This document shows positions 40,517 through 54,088 of a DNA stretch of 64,000 nt, one piece after another. Under the pieces are notes generated by a model. The model did no database searches and was not told the origin of the DNA. It was given only the letters and a program-made list of their open reading frames with translations. Each line of letters starts with the position of its first letter. The first letter of the stretch is position 1. Origin of the DNA: Octopus sinensis. Taxonomy: Eukaryota. Location of the stretch: positions 30,008,001 to 30,072,000 of the forward strand of contig NC_043018.1 of the NCBI RefSeq assembly GCF_006345805.1. The letters are read 5' to 3'. The position numbers and the translations under genes were made by a program.

Positions 40517-40948
40517 GGATCTTTTCAGTTTGAACGGCAGTTTTTTCTAGCGGTGTCATATGAAATTGTCACCCATAATTATAACCCTAGTATCGATCTA
40601 TTGCATTTCAATCTCTTTTAGGGTTAGGGTTAGTTAGGATTAGGATTAGAGGTGGGGGAAGGGTATCTTCTTTTCTTCCCAAATGTAAATAATCCCAATC
40701 TGTTTCTTAAACGAGGGACATATTCATACGGCACAGAATGCTTTTTAACCCAATAGACGTCATTTATTGGTTGAAATTGCAGAAATTGAAGAAAAAAAAC
40801 AACAAATATCTTACAAACCATAGAATTTTCTCAATAAAGCCAAGAGAAAAAGATGTTTTATAAACACATTCTTCCAGTATACGAAGTTTAAAGTTTTTTA
40901 GTAACCTAGAAATTATGTTAAAAACTGCCGTTCAAACCGTAAAGATCC
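40517..40948. mobile_element. MITE with ~29-bp TIRs (GGATCTTT..GTTTGAACGGCAGTTTTT), 8-bp TSD TTAAGACA and internal TTAGGG-like repeats
   Basis: TSD at 40509-40516 and 40949-40956. Second, inverted, one-end-truncated copy at 50596-51002. Confidence 0.88.
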
Positions 40949-41776
40949 TTAAGACATTCTAAATCACAAGCATAATATAAAGGAGTTTTATCGTTTAGTA
41001 ATAACATTTTGAAGTCTATCGTATTTTCCTTTACGTAAGTATCAACTTGAGGAATACACTTTTGATAGACCCAGTTTTGGAATATTATAGCAGTAGTCAA
41101 TAGTTTCTAATGTGCATGGCAATGTATCGGTAGGGTATTTTTTATTCAACCCTATCATTGCACATGCATTAAGTGCACTATGAATTAATTATGTCTCCAT
41201 AAAACGGTTTCCTAATGCATTACAGCATAATAATAAAGTAATTTAATCTTCAGATGCTTTGACTTCACTAAATGTTTTCCGCTCTTAATATAAAAGTTAT
41301 CCTTCATTAACTTTAAAGAATGGAAATATTTTTCAATTATTTTAGTTAATTATAGCACAGATTCTTCAGTCGATTTTTGTTTTTAGCCCATGATCCACTT
41401 CCGCTGTACAATTTGATATTTTGTAAAAAGCTTCGATTGAATAAAAAAATACAGGCTATAGTTAAATAGAAGTTTGATTTGATTTCAAATTCTTCCTGCA
41501 TTTTCTATCTCTCAAAAAGCAAGGCTGTCTATCGGCGCAGCGGTGGTGTTGTGGTTAAGAAGCTTACCATTGGTACAGGCACAGATGTGTCTTTAAAAAG
41601 GTTGCTGCCCAATCATGAAGTCTTCAGTTCGGTCCTACTGCATGGCACTTTTGGCAAGTGTCTTCAACTATAACAAGGCGACCAAAGTTTTGTAAATGGA
41701 TTTGGTAGACTGAAACTGAAAGAAGCCCGTTGTCTAACACTTCGTTCTGAAGCATACATATATATATATATATATA

Positions 41777-41935
41777 GGAGTGGGTGTGTGGTAAGTAGCT
41801 TGCTAACCAACCACATGGTTCTGGGTTCAGTCCCACTGCGTGGTATCTTGGGCAAGTCTCTTCTGCTATAGCCCCAGACCGACCAATGCCTTGTGAGTGG
41901 ATTTGGTAGACGGAAACTGAAAGAAGCCTGTCGTA

Positions 41936-41984
<49 letters not shown>

Positions 41985-42186
41985 TTGTGTGTCTGTGTTT
42001 GTCCCCCTAGCATTGCTTGACAACCGATGCTGGTGTGTTTATGTCCCCCGTAATCTAGCGGTTCGGGAAAAAGAGACCAATAGAATAAGTACTGGGCTTA
42101 CAAAGAATAAGTCCCGGGGTCGATTTGCTCGACTAAAGGAGGTGCTCCAGCATGGGCGCAGTCAAATGACTGAAACAAGTAAAAGA
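41777..42186 (+). mobile_element. SINE family A, full length (a second degenerate head lies at about 41534-41735)
   Basis: Consensus head and tail. Confidence 0.88.
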
Positions 42187-42189
42187 AAA

Positions 42190-42480
42190 AATATATAGTT
42201 GAAATTTACAGAAAAACAAAAGGTGTATGAGCAACAAGCAGGTGCATTATTTTGACGCTCGGGAAAGTGATAAAGTCTTTTACGTTTCGAGCCTACGCTC
42301 TTCAACAGAAAGGAATAAGAGAAAATAAACAGAGGGAGAATTAAAAACTTGTGGATTTAGCGATCCAAAATGCAACTACATGTGGATTGCTGACGATTTT
42401 TCCCCCCGTCTTCCTTTTCTCTCAGACTTTCCTCTGTCTCCTGTTTCTGAAGAAGAGCTTTGCTCCAAACGTAAAACATT
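42190..42480. mobile_element. H1-type divergent pair: motif 42277-42312 (minus, CUGUUGA+A) and 42442-42478 (plus, CUGAAGA+A, G12C)
   Basis: Both have a GAGC/GCUC stem II, ACGU stem III and A17. Confidence 0.68.
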
Positions 42481-42585
42481 CTATGATAGAAAAGACTCTT
42501 TTAAACACGTGAGCACATTCGTGTTTTCATTTTAATACGTATTTAGAAGAGAAGTTGTTCCCCTTACATACATGCGTACATACTG

Positions 42586-42980
42586 TGGACACTTGCCCAG
42601 TGGTTTGGGCAGCGGACTCGTGCTCGTAAGATCGTGCTTTCGATTCCCATACCGGGGGTTCTGAGTGTTTATTGAGTGAAAATGCCTAAAGCTCCACGAG
42701 GCTCCGGCAGGGGGTGGTAGCGAACCCTGTTGTACTCTTTCACCCTTTCTTCCTGTTTCTGTTGTACTCTTTCACCCTTTCTTCCTGTTTCTGTTGTACC
42801 TGTATTTCTAAGGCCCAGCCTTGTCACATTCTGTGTCACGCTGAATCTCCCCGAGAACTACATTAAGGACACACGTGTCTGTGGAGTGCTCAGACACTTG
42901 CACGTTAATTTCACGAGCAGGCTGTTCCGTTGATCGGATCAACTGGAACCCTCGTCGTCGTAACCAACGGAGTGCCACAG
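42586..42980 (+). mobile_element. tRNA-derived SINE family D; opposite-strand copy at 55874-56230
   Basis: tRNA-like head; shared body GCACGTTAATTTCACGAGCAGGCTGTTC...CCCTCGTCGTCGTAACC. Confidence 0.8.
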
Positions 42981-43659
42981 TACTTACATACATACATAAA
43001 TGCATACACGCATGCATACATAGCTTTATGTGTGCATGTATACTTAGAGGGATGCACGCATACGTACCTGCCGGCATAATCCCTCCATACATACCCAGAT
43101 GCACACATGCATACATTTATATATGCATACATTCATATATGCATTCATACATATACACATTCAAACATACATAGATGCATACATTAATGTATACATACGT
43201 ACACATATACATGCATACGTGCATGTATACATATACACAATCACGTAGTATCTTAGATAGGTACACGTATAGGTTTAATAGATTTATATATGTGTGTGTG
43301 AGTCTGTGCTGTGTATGTAGGGTACGTAAGTGTGTGGACGTGCGCGCGCGTGTGTGTATATGTGCGTGTGCATGTGTGTATGCGCGAGTAAGCATACAAG
43401 CGATCATGAGCCGAATACCCTACCCACTAAGCCACGAACCTTCACGTGTGTATACATATACATAGATAAATAGATTCTTAGATGGATACGCGTATACGTA
43501 TGACAGATGTATAAACATGCGTGAGTGCGTGTTATGTATGTAGATATATGAGTACGTAAGTGTGTGTCTGTGTAAACGTGTGTGTGTGTATGCCTGTGTG
43601 TGTGAATGTATACAAAATACAGGCATCTCTCTCTCTCAGACACACACGCACACACGCAC

Positions 43660-43706
<47 letters not shown>

Positions 43707-44059
43707 ACACACACACACACACACACATTGTAATAAAGTTAGATTAGTTAATCTAACGTTCATAGTAATTTCAGAGCATCAGAAATTGCTGTAAATATCC
43801 TGAAATACGCTAAGTAAATTGCCGAATGATGCTTCCAGGTGAATTTACTGTATATTTCCTTGTTTTGTATCAATATTTCATATTCTGGATCGTGTTGATA
43901 TGAACTGGGATAAGGTCCAACTCCGATGAAGTTTCAAGGTTATGGATGAGAAAAAGGAATAAAACGACTTATTTACGATCAGAGTATAATGTAATATTAG
44001 TTTCAGAAGTAGGAAAAATGCCAACAACTCTAGGGGAAAATGCTACGTTGATTATATTG

Positions 44060-44420
44060 ATACTAGTTCTCAATTGGTACTTTATTGACCTCGAAATGGA
44101 TGAAAGGCAAAAATCGACCTCTGCAGAATTTGAACTCAGAACGAAAAGACAGACGAGATGCTGCTAAGCATTTAACCCGGCGTGCTAACGACTCAGCCAT
44201 GTCGCACATCCTTACAATTTCATGAAATACGGATTTTCAATTTTCGCACAAGGCCGGCAATTTCGGGGTAGAGATAAGTCGATTACATTGACACCAGTGC
44301 ACAACTTGTACTTTACTTTATCGATTCCGAAAGGATGAAAGGCAAAGTCGACCTGGGCGGAATTTAATCTCAGAGCATAAAGACTGACAAACATTTTCCC
44401 AGGTGTGCTGACGGCCGTCC
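44060..44420 (-). mobile_element. Two diverged SINE family B copies
   Basis: GGATGAAAGGCAAAGTCGACC core twice. Confidence 0.7.
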
Positions 44421-44456
44421 TGCCAGCTTATCGCCTTCAAATTTAATGAAATATTA

Positions 44457-44459
<3 letters not shown>

Positions 44460-44501
<42 letters not shown>

Positions 44502-44614
44502 CATTGTTGTTGTTGTTGTTGTTATTGTTGTTGTTATTGTTGTTGTTATTGTTGCTGCTGCTGTTGTTGTTGTTATTGTTGTTGTTGTTATTGTTGTTGT
44601 TGTTGTTGTTGTTG

Positions 44615-44661
<47 letters not shown>

Positions 44662-44815
44662 GTTGTTGTTGTTGTTGTTGTTTGAGAATCTGGAGTGTGT
44701 CGTGTTAGAGGTGCTTGATGATTTTCACAGGTGATATTTTGTTCTTCAAACTCCAACAGAGTTAATAATATCATCATCATCATCGTCATCATCATCGTCA
44801 TCGTCATCGTCATCG

Positions 44816-44860
<45 letters not shown>
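44460..44860. repeat. (ATT/GTT)n and (ATC/GTC)n microsatellites
   Basis: Visible arrays. Confidence 0.95.
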
Positions 44861-45997
44861 ACATCCTTTATATATCCTTTATATGTACTTCACGATGTGT
44901 TGCAGCTACTGTTTATACCTCGCTCAGAGATTTATCATTGCTTGTTTACCCTTTTTCGATATCAGTGACTTTTCGTCACTGGAAAAAGGATATAATATTT
45001 GCAAAGGGAGGCCTACTTTTCAACGACAACTTGTGATTGTCACACGCTGACAACAGGTCAATACCCAGAAACTCGAGTCCGTGTGTATCAAAGGTTGAAG
45101 ACGGGAAGAATGTCTTCCCTTTGCAAATACTGATAGGGTACAGAAAGTATGTCGAGACATTACTGTATATACATTCATTTATACACATATACAGATGTTT
45201 ATATACCTATAGAGATATGTATATACATGCGTGCATATAGACGTGTATTAAATGATGTTAGTGTATGGAGTAGCATTCTGATGACAACATATATTATATA
45301 CTAAGCGCTGGGTTTCTCTAGCTATCTGCTTGTCTATCTGTCTGTTTGACACTATGTCATACCCTATCAAGTAATGAATGCAATGTCCTTGTCCAGGGAG
45401 CTTAAAGAATGCCACATCATTGCAAATATATTATAAAATGAGAAATGATTGACTGAGCACTGTCATACGTAAATCGATCTAAAATATGTCCCTATACAAC
45501 AAAACAAACAAAAAGAAAATTGAATTACTCAAAACGTTTTCACTCTAAACAAGCGGAATGAAAACACCTCATGCTGAACGCACAAAAGTAAGTTGATATT
45601 TAAAAACTGGCTAAGGCGACGAGCTGGCAGAAACGTTAGCATGCCGGACAAAATGCTTAGCGGCATTTCGTCTGTCTTTACGTTTTGAGTTCAAATTATA
45701 CCGAGGTCGACTTTGCCTTTCATCATTTCTGGGGCGATCCCGAAACCCGAAAAGATGAAAGACAAAATTCAAACTTGGCGGAATTCGAACTCAGAACGTA
45801 ATAACAGTTATAATTCTTTCTGCTATAAGCACATGACCTGAAATTTGAGGGGCGGGGGTGGTTAATAACAAGGAATCCGTTGTTCAACAGGTACTTATTT
45901 TTTCGACCCCCATCCCACGAAGTAAAACAAATCAGCGGAAACTGAACTCCGAACAACATAACTAATAAATGACCACGGTATTTAATATTATAATCAA

Positions 45998-46388
45998 CTA
46001 GCAGTATCGCCCGGCGTTGCTCGGGTTTGTAAGGGAAATAACTATATGAGCATTTTTAGAGAGTTATAGCCAAAAAATAGCAAAAAAATGCATTAAAAAT
46101 GGAAAAAAAATGATGGTAAATTTTTTTAAAAATCGTTGACTCATCGTAGACATTTTTAGAGAGTTACTTCCCTTAGCGAAAAAAAATGCATTAAAATGAA
46201 AAAATGGTGGTAAATTATTTTTAAAATCGTAGACTCATCGTAGACACGCGCTAATACCCAGAAGGGCTCGATATGAATCACGACTATAAGATACCCGCTT
46301 TTGGTTACACTGCAGTGCAAAATGTGGGAGTAGTTAGGAATCTAAATCGTAGGAGACAGACACACAACTTCTCTTTTATATATAAAGA
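45998..46388 (-). mobile_element. Non-autonomous Helitron-like element, copy 2, with both termini
   Basis: Minus strand reads A|TCTTTATA...hairpin...CTAG|T, i.e. canonical TC...CTAG ends in an A|T target. Confidence 0.82.
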
Positions 46389-47914
46389 TTGTTAGGGCGG
46401 AAAGTCAGTAGAATCGTTAGGAAACCAGGCAAAATCATTAACAGCATTTATTCCGTATTTACATTCTGAGTTCAAATTCCACCGCGGCCGACTTTGCCTT
46501 ATATCCTTTCGGGGTCGATAAAATAAGTACAAATGGAGTACTGGGATCGATGTATCGACTTACCCACCCTCCGAAATTGCTGGTCGTGTGCCAAACTTAG
46601 AAACCGATATTTAAAGAATTGGCTCTATTTCCAGACAGTACAGCCACGCCATACACACACGAAACATCCATACACACGCACGTACACTCACACAAATACA
46701 CACACGCATACGCATACATACATAAAGACTCGGCTACGTTGCATACACATCTGAAAGCAAACAGTTCCTTCATTACACGTTTTTCAATGAATTTTCTGAT
46801 AATTCAAAGAACGCTTCGTTCCAATGCACGCACACACGCGGTGTGCACGTACACACGCTTGCACACATGCACACATATTCACACTTGGAAACCTAAGAAT
46901 TTAATTTCACATGATCTTCAATGGATTTTTACAAACAAAATTCTTTATATGCATATATAATATATATACATAGATTCATACACACACACACATACACACA
47001 AACACACATACATATATATGTGTATGTGCGTATATATGTATATATATACATGCATATATATACATATAGTCGCAGAAATTCTAACCAATTAGCAACATCA
47101 TACAACAAAAAGCTTATGAATTGACGATCTTCACACACACACACACACAAACACACATGTGCGCGCACACACACACGTGCGCGCGCACACACACACACAC
47201 ACAAACGCACATACACGCGCACAGGCAAGTGCGTACATGCATACAAGCGCGCGCACACTCACACACAGACACACACCACGTGTGCACATGCGTACGGGCA
47301 CCTGCGTGCGCACACACACATTCACACGCACACACACACAGATATATAACCACGCACACATACATACATTCTAAACACACCCTCAAAACACACTCCCATT
47401 GAAATAAATAAGATACTTTTCCGAAAATCACGCAGAAATCATAAGCCACTCAGCCATGGAATATCTTTTTATAACCGAATAATCCTTATCCTTAATTGGT
47501 TTTATAACCATCTTCAAAAATCTCCTGACAGAATTTGCAAACACAAAACCATTACAGGTGGCCCGAAAACATACCGAAACAAACTTAACAAAAGTACAGC
47601 CTGAAGTAGATCAACAACTTCATAAACGAATTAAAAACACTCCGTTCATCACAAAATAACCGAAGCAGAAAATCGCTGGCGTTTAGCAAAAGGAAAATGT
47701 TAACTTATAAATATAAATATAAAACCACAATCACACCAGCAAGCATGAATATATCAACAAAACCCAGTTAGAACATGGGAACACTTGAACGATTTACGCC
47801 TGAAGAATGCAGTGGCGTGGAACTCGAGAGTCGCGATATGAAAATTCAGTGCCTGCCTGTCTGTCTTTCTGTTCGTCCGTCCGTCTGTGCATCCGTCCGT
47901 CTGAATGTCTGCCT

Positions 47915-48282
47915 ATCTATCTTATTTCTTTACTGCCCACAAGGGGCTACAGGCAGAGGGGACGAACCAGGATAGACAAACGGATTAAGTCGATTATATC
48001 GACCTCAGAGCGTAACTGGTACTTAATTAATCGACCCCGAAAGGATGAAAGGCAAAGTCGACCTCGGCGGAATTTGAACTCAGAACGTAACGGCAGACGA
48101 AATACCTATTTCTTTACTACCCACAAGGGGCTAAACACAGAGGGGACAAACAAGGACAGACAAACGGATTAAGTCGATTAACTGGTACTTATTTAATCGA
48201 CCCCGAAATGATGAAAGGCAAAGTCAACCTCGCCAGAATTTGAACTCAGAATGTAGCGGCAGACGAAATACCGCTAAGCACT
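47915..48282 (-). mobile_element. SINE family B tandem array (2-3 units)
   Basis: Junction at about 48085-48120 is the same as the junction at 25710-25740. Confidence 0.85.
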
Positions 48283-48439
48283 TCGTTGCTATTATGTTAA
48301 ACTGTCGTATGTACAATGGTTTTGCTATAGAATGGTGAAACTAACTTTTCGTTTTCAGAAAAAGCAACGTTTTGGACTTACGACACTATTTCATAATAGC
48401 AACGATATATACATAAGATATTTGAGGATATACCTTTTT

Positions 48440-48990
48440 GGTGTCATTGGTGCATTTTTGCTAACTCTGTATAATCTTTGTTTCAGAAAATAATAATAGC
48501 AGAGCCTCAGCCTACTCAAGAATGATGTAGAAAGGTTAATTTGTCAGAAAAAGCACACACAAAGAAACTCTACATCAGATTAAAAGGCTCTTAAACAAAC
48601 TGAAAAATGCAGCAGAAGAAAATTTGATTTGGTTTTTCTCAAACGAGAAGAACTTTGACCAAGATCAAAACGTTAATAGAGGAAATGACAGTTAATGCAT
48701 ACAATATTTCCTGCAACTGTCATGGTTTTAGGCGTTGTCAGCAATGAAGGACATGTGATGCCTCCTTACTTCTTTCCACAAGGCTTTAACTCTGCCGCCT
48801 ACATTGAGGTGCTGGAAATAATTGTTAAGCTCTGGATAGTCAGTGTATGCAATGGGAGGCCATATATGCTTCAGTAAGACTCTGGTTCTAGTAACACAGG
48901 GATGGATGGCTGAAAATGTTCATGATCGCATAACTCCTAGATCTCAGTCCATTGGACTATTACATGTGGAGCGTTGTTGCCCAAGATACC
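48440..48990 (+). pseudogene. Degenerate maT/DD37D-like mariner transposase remnant
   Basis: KRLLNKLK...IWFFSNEKNFDQDQ; FPATVMVLGVVSNEGHVMPP...GRPYMLQ; PDL.PLDYY.W-like end; TIR-like end at 48440-48473. Confidence 0.75.
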
Positions 48991-49303
48991 ACATGGTGTA
49001 GCTGAACGCGAAGCTATGTGGCTGGAAAGCAAACTTCTTACCAGAGAGCCATATTCTATTACAGCGTGAGCGACATATGTTAAGCATTCAAAAACACACA
49101 TCAAGACTGATAACTTCACTTAAACATTTGTTATTTGGTGTCAAAATTTTGTTGCACCAATTAATAAATTTCGATGTGAAGTTAATAGTCGTTAATAGAT
49201 TTTGTGAGTTTTTGATTGGATAACATGTGGCTTCCATGCTGCAATTGTTTTGGTTTCAATAAACTGTCTGAAATGAAATCATCTACCCGGTAAGCACAGG
49301 TCA

Positions 49304-49357
<54 letters not shown>

Positions 49358-50595
49358 TAGTGGGACCCGTTTAATTCCACAAAATGGAAAAAAATTAAGA
49401 TGACCTATCCAAGAAAGAGAAGATATATAGCATTTTTTTCTTTAAATATTCTTCACGCTCGTCTAAATTCATTTCCTCAAGTCTCCGCTGGTGTTGTCTC
49501 TTGCCTCTTTTTTTCATTGTATTTTCTCGCTGTTCCTCGCTGATCTGTGCATCCTTTCTCGGGCAGCCTGCAAACGTGTTTCTTGTGAAACCAGCGTTTA
49601 GGTTAAATTAACCCTTATAAAGAAATATCAATTTGTTAAGCGACGGTCGCTATAAAAAAGATTAGTTCAGTAAAAATATTACTTTTCACTGCCAACACAC
49701 CAGCAAAACCACCACCGCATATATATACATATATATATGTGTGCGTGTGTGTGTTTGTATCTATCTATCTATCTATCTATTTATCTATCTCTCTATATAT
49801 ATATTTGTAATTAAGAGAAATAATCTCTATTAAGCGATTCAATAGTGAAAGGCATTATCTATGTTATATAGAATTTTTTTTAATATACTATAATAAATAT
49901 TCAAAACATCAATAAATTAAATAAACATTAAATTGACTACGCGTGTTTCGTGACTATAGCTTTAAATCGATAATAAAATGTGAAAATTATAGAACATAAA
50001 ACAACTTTGATAAAAACTTATATCTACTTTTCTGACGAAAACAATGCCGTTCTGAACATTTTGGCCGCAACTGTATGTATATATGTGTATATATATATAT
50101 ATATATATAAGACATCTTTAACATATATAACAAGTCAGAAGGAGAAAAGGAAAAAGCGTGAATCGTATGTTACTTTGCGTCTTCTGTATAGAAAACCATT
50201 TTAGTGTATGCATTTTCATCTGCATTGCGGCTTAAAGTGGATTTGTAGCAGAAAAGTGTCACTTAACTGACCAGGATCCGGTGTGCGCTGATTTTTACCC
50301 GCTCAAAGTTTTGGGTAATTTTTCCATATTTAAAATGTGTTATATACATATATGATGGCTTCCCCCTCGTTATCGAGTATGGCCATTGCACGAAGCTTAA
50401 CTGTTATTGGTGCTGTGATCGAATGTGACTTTTTAGCCCAGCTAAAGATCTACAATGACTTGTACAGAATTGGCAACTAAAACCTTTACCGGCAATAGCC
50501 GGCTGTAGTTGCAACTGGGCTTCATGTACCTTTGCATGTCGTTTAAGTCCTCATACATATTCATACATATACACATGCATACACATATACATATG

Positions 50596-51002
50596 GGATC
50601 TTTTCGGTTTGAACGGCAGTTTTTAACATAATTTCTAGGTAACTAAAATATTTTAAACTTCGTATACTGGTAGAATGTGTTTATAAAACATCTTTTACTC
50701 TTGGCTTTATTGAGAAAATTCTATAGTTTGTAAGATATTTGTTGTTTTTTTTCTTCAATTTCTGCAATTTCAGCCAATCACTGACGTCTATTGAGGCAAA
50801 AAAAAACATTCTGTGTCGTATGAATATGTCCCTCATTTAAGAAGCAGATTGGGTTTATTTACATTTCTGAAGAAAAAAAGATACCCTTCCCCCCACCCCT
50901 AACCCTAACTAACCCTAACCCTAAAGCAGATTGAAATGGAATAGATCGATACTAAGGTCATAATTATGGGTGACAATTTCATATGACACCGCTAGCAAAA
51001 AA
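50596..51002. mobile_element. Second copy of the TTAGGG-containing MITE, inverted, one TIR lost
   Basis: Reverse complement of 40545-40948. Confidence 0.85.
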
Positions 51003-51654
51003 CACACATTTTAAATTTCTTGTTCAATACTTGTTTGTTACTTCAATACTTGATTATTCTTGATCGTCGATATTTACTTTTTACGTTTGACATATTTTCT
51101 TGGCTGTCGTAGAATAGTTCACTTTCTGCTTCTGCCTTACTCATATTTCTCACGTAGATGTAAGATGGCAACACGGACGAATGACGTAACTTCATGTTGC
51201 GTTTTGTTCTTGACTTCTCTTTTAGTTCAATGTACGTTGTGGGCATTCCGCTTTTACTTCTGTAGATTATATTCATCCAGTTGAATTAATTGCCCGTAAG
51301 AGAGATTTGTGTATATCGCTGTTATAAGTGTGTAATTTCCGTTTCGTTTCCGGTTCTATTTTTTCTATATCCCGCGTTGTTCCGTGTGTTTGACAGATGC
51401 TCACTTTCCTCTCGTAGTCTATCGAACATTTTTTCACGTTTGCTAACCTTTCTTGTAGTATTTTATATTTTTATGTTTATGTTATATGGACAAACGCTCT
51501 TCTTGCCCATATGATGTTTAGAAAGCACAACTAAGTTATAGTATTATTTTTTTATTGTTTAGGTTCCGTATTTTCTTATGAATTCCATGCAGCTTTAAAA
51601 ACAATAAATGCTGTGAGTCAAATTGTTCTGCCAAAATCTTGAATATCTTAACAA

Positions 51655-51659
51655 TAAAA

Positions 51660-51691
<32 letters not shown>

Positions 51692-51692
51692 C

Positions 51693-51729
<37 letters not shown>

Positions 51730-51760
51730 CCTATCTATCTACCTCCTATCTACCTCTCTG

Positions 51761-51796
<36 letters not shown>

Positions 51797-51802
51797 CCTA
51801 CA

Positions 51803-51870
<68 letters not shown>

Positions 51871-51880
51871 CATCTATCTA

Positions 51881-51911
<31 letters not shown>

Positions 51912-51933
51912 GCCTACCTACCTACCTACCTAC

Positions 51934-52005
<72 letters not shown>

Positions 52006-52395
52006 TGCTCTATTATTTACTCACACTCTACACCATGTGGCAGGAGGATACACATGTGCTTCAGAAAAGTGTCGTTTCTTACCTTTTTACTTTCTCTTGC
52101 TTCCTACTCTAGTTTGATAAAGGATCCACCCCAAAACGTCAGTCTATTTTCTTTCCTCTTTCGGCATAATATTCATTGTATATAGTAACAATTCACATAC
52201 ATATACCTACCTACCTACCTACCTACCTACCTACCTACCTACCTACCTACCTACCTACCTATTTACCTACCTACCTACCTACCTACCTACCTACCTACCT
52301 ACCTACCTACCTACCTACCTACCTACCTGCCTACCTACCTGCATACCTACCTACCTACATACCTACCTACCTATTTACCTACCTACCTACCTACA
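51655..52395. repeat. (TATC/TGTC)n and (CTAC)n microsatellites
   Basis: Visible arrays at about 51655-52005 and 52200-52395. Confidence 0.9.
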
Positions 52396-52423
52396 GTCTT
52401 ACATACATAAATATATACATATA

Positions 52424-52491
52424 TACTTTGATACTTTGATAGGTTTCGGCCATTATTGGCCCAGGCCATGTCTAACTTAATAGCACCACCT

Positions 52492-52494
<3 letters not shown>
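52424..52494 (-). mobile_element. Extreme 3' end of the CR1 family seen at 38471-40113
   Basis: Reverse complement CAGGTGGTGCTATTAAGTTAGACATGGCCTGG...GAAAC plus a short tandem tail. Confidence 0.8.
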
Positions 52495-52540
<46 letters not shown>

Positions 52541-52939
52541 ATATATTTATATATAAAAGTGAAGTTGTGTGTCTGTCTCCTACGATTTAGATTCCTAACT
52601 ACTCCCACATTTTGCGGTGCAGTTTAACCAAAACCGGGTATCTTATAGTCGTGATTCATATCGAGCACTTCTGGGTATTAGCGCGCGTCTACGATGAGTC
52701 TACGATTTAAAAAAAAATTTACCATCAATTTTTCCCATTTTTAATGCACTTTTGGCATATATAAGGGAAGTAACTCTCTAAAAATTTATTATTAAATCTC
52801 AGAAAGTGAAAAGCTACAGTAACAACCCCCCCCCTTTGTGGTTAGCCATATTGAGATGGCTATTATACTTTACATCTCTAAAAATGCTTATATAGTTATT
52901 TCCCTTACAAACCCGAGCAACGCCGGGCGATACTGCTAG
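52541..52939 (+). mobile_element. Non-autonomous Helitron-like element, copy 3
   Basis: Ends CCCGAGCAACGCCGGG-CGATACTG-CTAG|T. Confidence 0.8.
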
Positions 52940-53310
52940 TATATATATATTGTGCATGTATTTACATTATTTGCCCTAATTTCGAATATCTCCCTACCTG
53001 TCGTAACCCTTCACGTTGTCCACCTGCCCGTCTTTTATTCCTTTCGTTCCGTTTGTGCTATTTCACCTATACACAAATACACATACAGACGCAAATAGAC
53101 ACATATAGATACATTCACAAACAGACACACACATACATATATATTATACATACAAACAGATTAATAGGGCGTGGCACATTGAAATGAATATCAATTGATT
53201 ATGATTTGATAAATTTAGTTGACTGTAACGTCAACTAAGCTGTTTAGTCGATTATATAGCCAACTATTGCATTAAACTAATGGTATAGTAGGTTGTGTAG
53301 TGTACTATTT

Positions 53311-53572
53311 AGGTGATCGCGTGACCGACCAGGCTATCAGATGTTGTTACACGCCGTTGGTCTCAATGCATTTTTGTATCGGTTAAGCCTTCAGATGATA
53401 CCACTCCGCTGCCTAGTCGCGCAGGCTAACTTTTCCCCGTGATTGAAAAGGGAACTGGAGCAACGTGAAATGAAGTGTTTTGCTCAAGGTCATAACGCGC
53501 CGTCCAATGAGGGAATCGAACCGACGACCTAGCGATCGTGAGTGCAACAGCCTAACCACTAGGCCACGCGCC
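53311..53572 (-). mobile_element. SINE family C (tRNA head, CORE-like segment, 3' tail)
   Basis: Minus strand begins GGCGCGTGGCCTAGTGGTTAGG...GGTTCGATTCCC. Confidence 0.75.
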
Positions 53573-53857
53573 TTCACTAGTGTAGTAGTGTACTGTTTGT
53601 TACGTGACAGTAATGGTTCAGTCCATTATATATATTTCTTTATTGCCCACAAGGGGCTAAACATAGAGGGGACAAACAAGGACAGACAAAGGGATTAAGT
53701 CGATTACATCGACCCCAGTGCGAAACTGGTACTTTATTTATCGACCCCGAAAGGATGAAAGGCAAAGTCTACCTTGGCGCAATTTGAACATCAGTCCATT
53801 ATATAGTGAACTCGTACATGACAATAATGCTTCAGTCCAATATACGGGTAATTATAA

Positions 53858-54088
53858 GGCGGCGAGCTGGCAGAATCGTTAGCACGCCGGGCGAAATGCG
53901 TAGCCGTATTTCGTCTGCCGTTACGTTCTGAGTTCAAATTCCACCGAGGTCAACTTTGCCTTTCATTCTATTGGGGTCGATGAATTAAGTACCAGTTACG
54001 CACTGGGATCGATATAATCGACTTAATCCGTTTGTCTGTCCTTGTTTGTCCCCTCTGTGTCTAGCCCCTTGTGGGTAGTAAAGAACTA
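53858..54088 (+). mobile_element. SINE family B, full length (a minus-strand 3' fragment lies at 53635-53785)
   Basis: Consensus; imperfect TSD ATATA(C/T)GGG(T/C)AATTAT. Confidence 0.88.

Noticed and set aside
40618-40650. Telomere or chromosome fusion site
   Set aside because: Only a few degenerate units, located inside a MITE with two copies in the window.
52105-52148. TTGATAAAGG...CCCCAAAACGTCAG as a PLE-type hammerhead
   Set aside because: Too many core changes (no CUGA, no GAA); at most a fossil.
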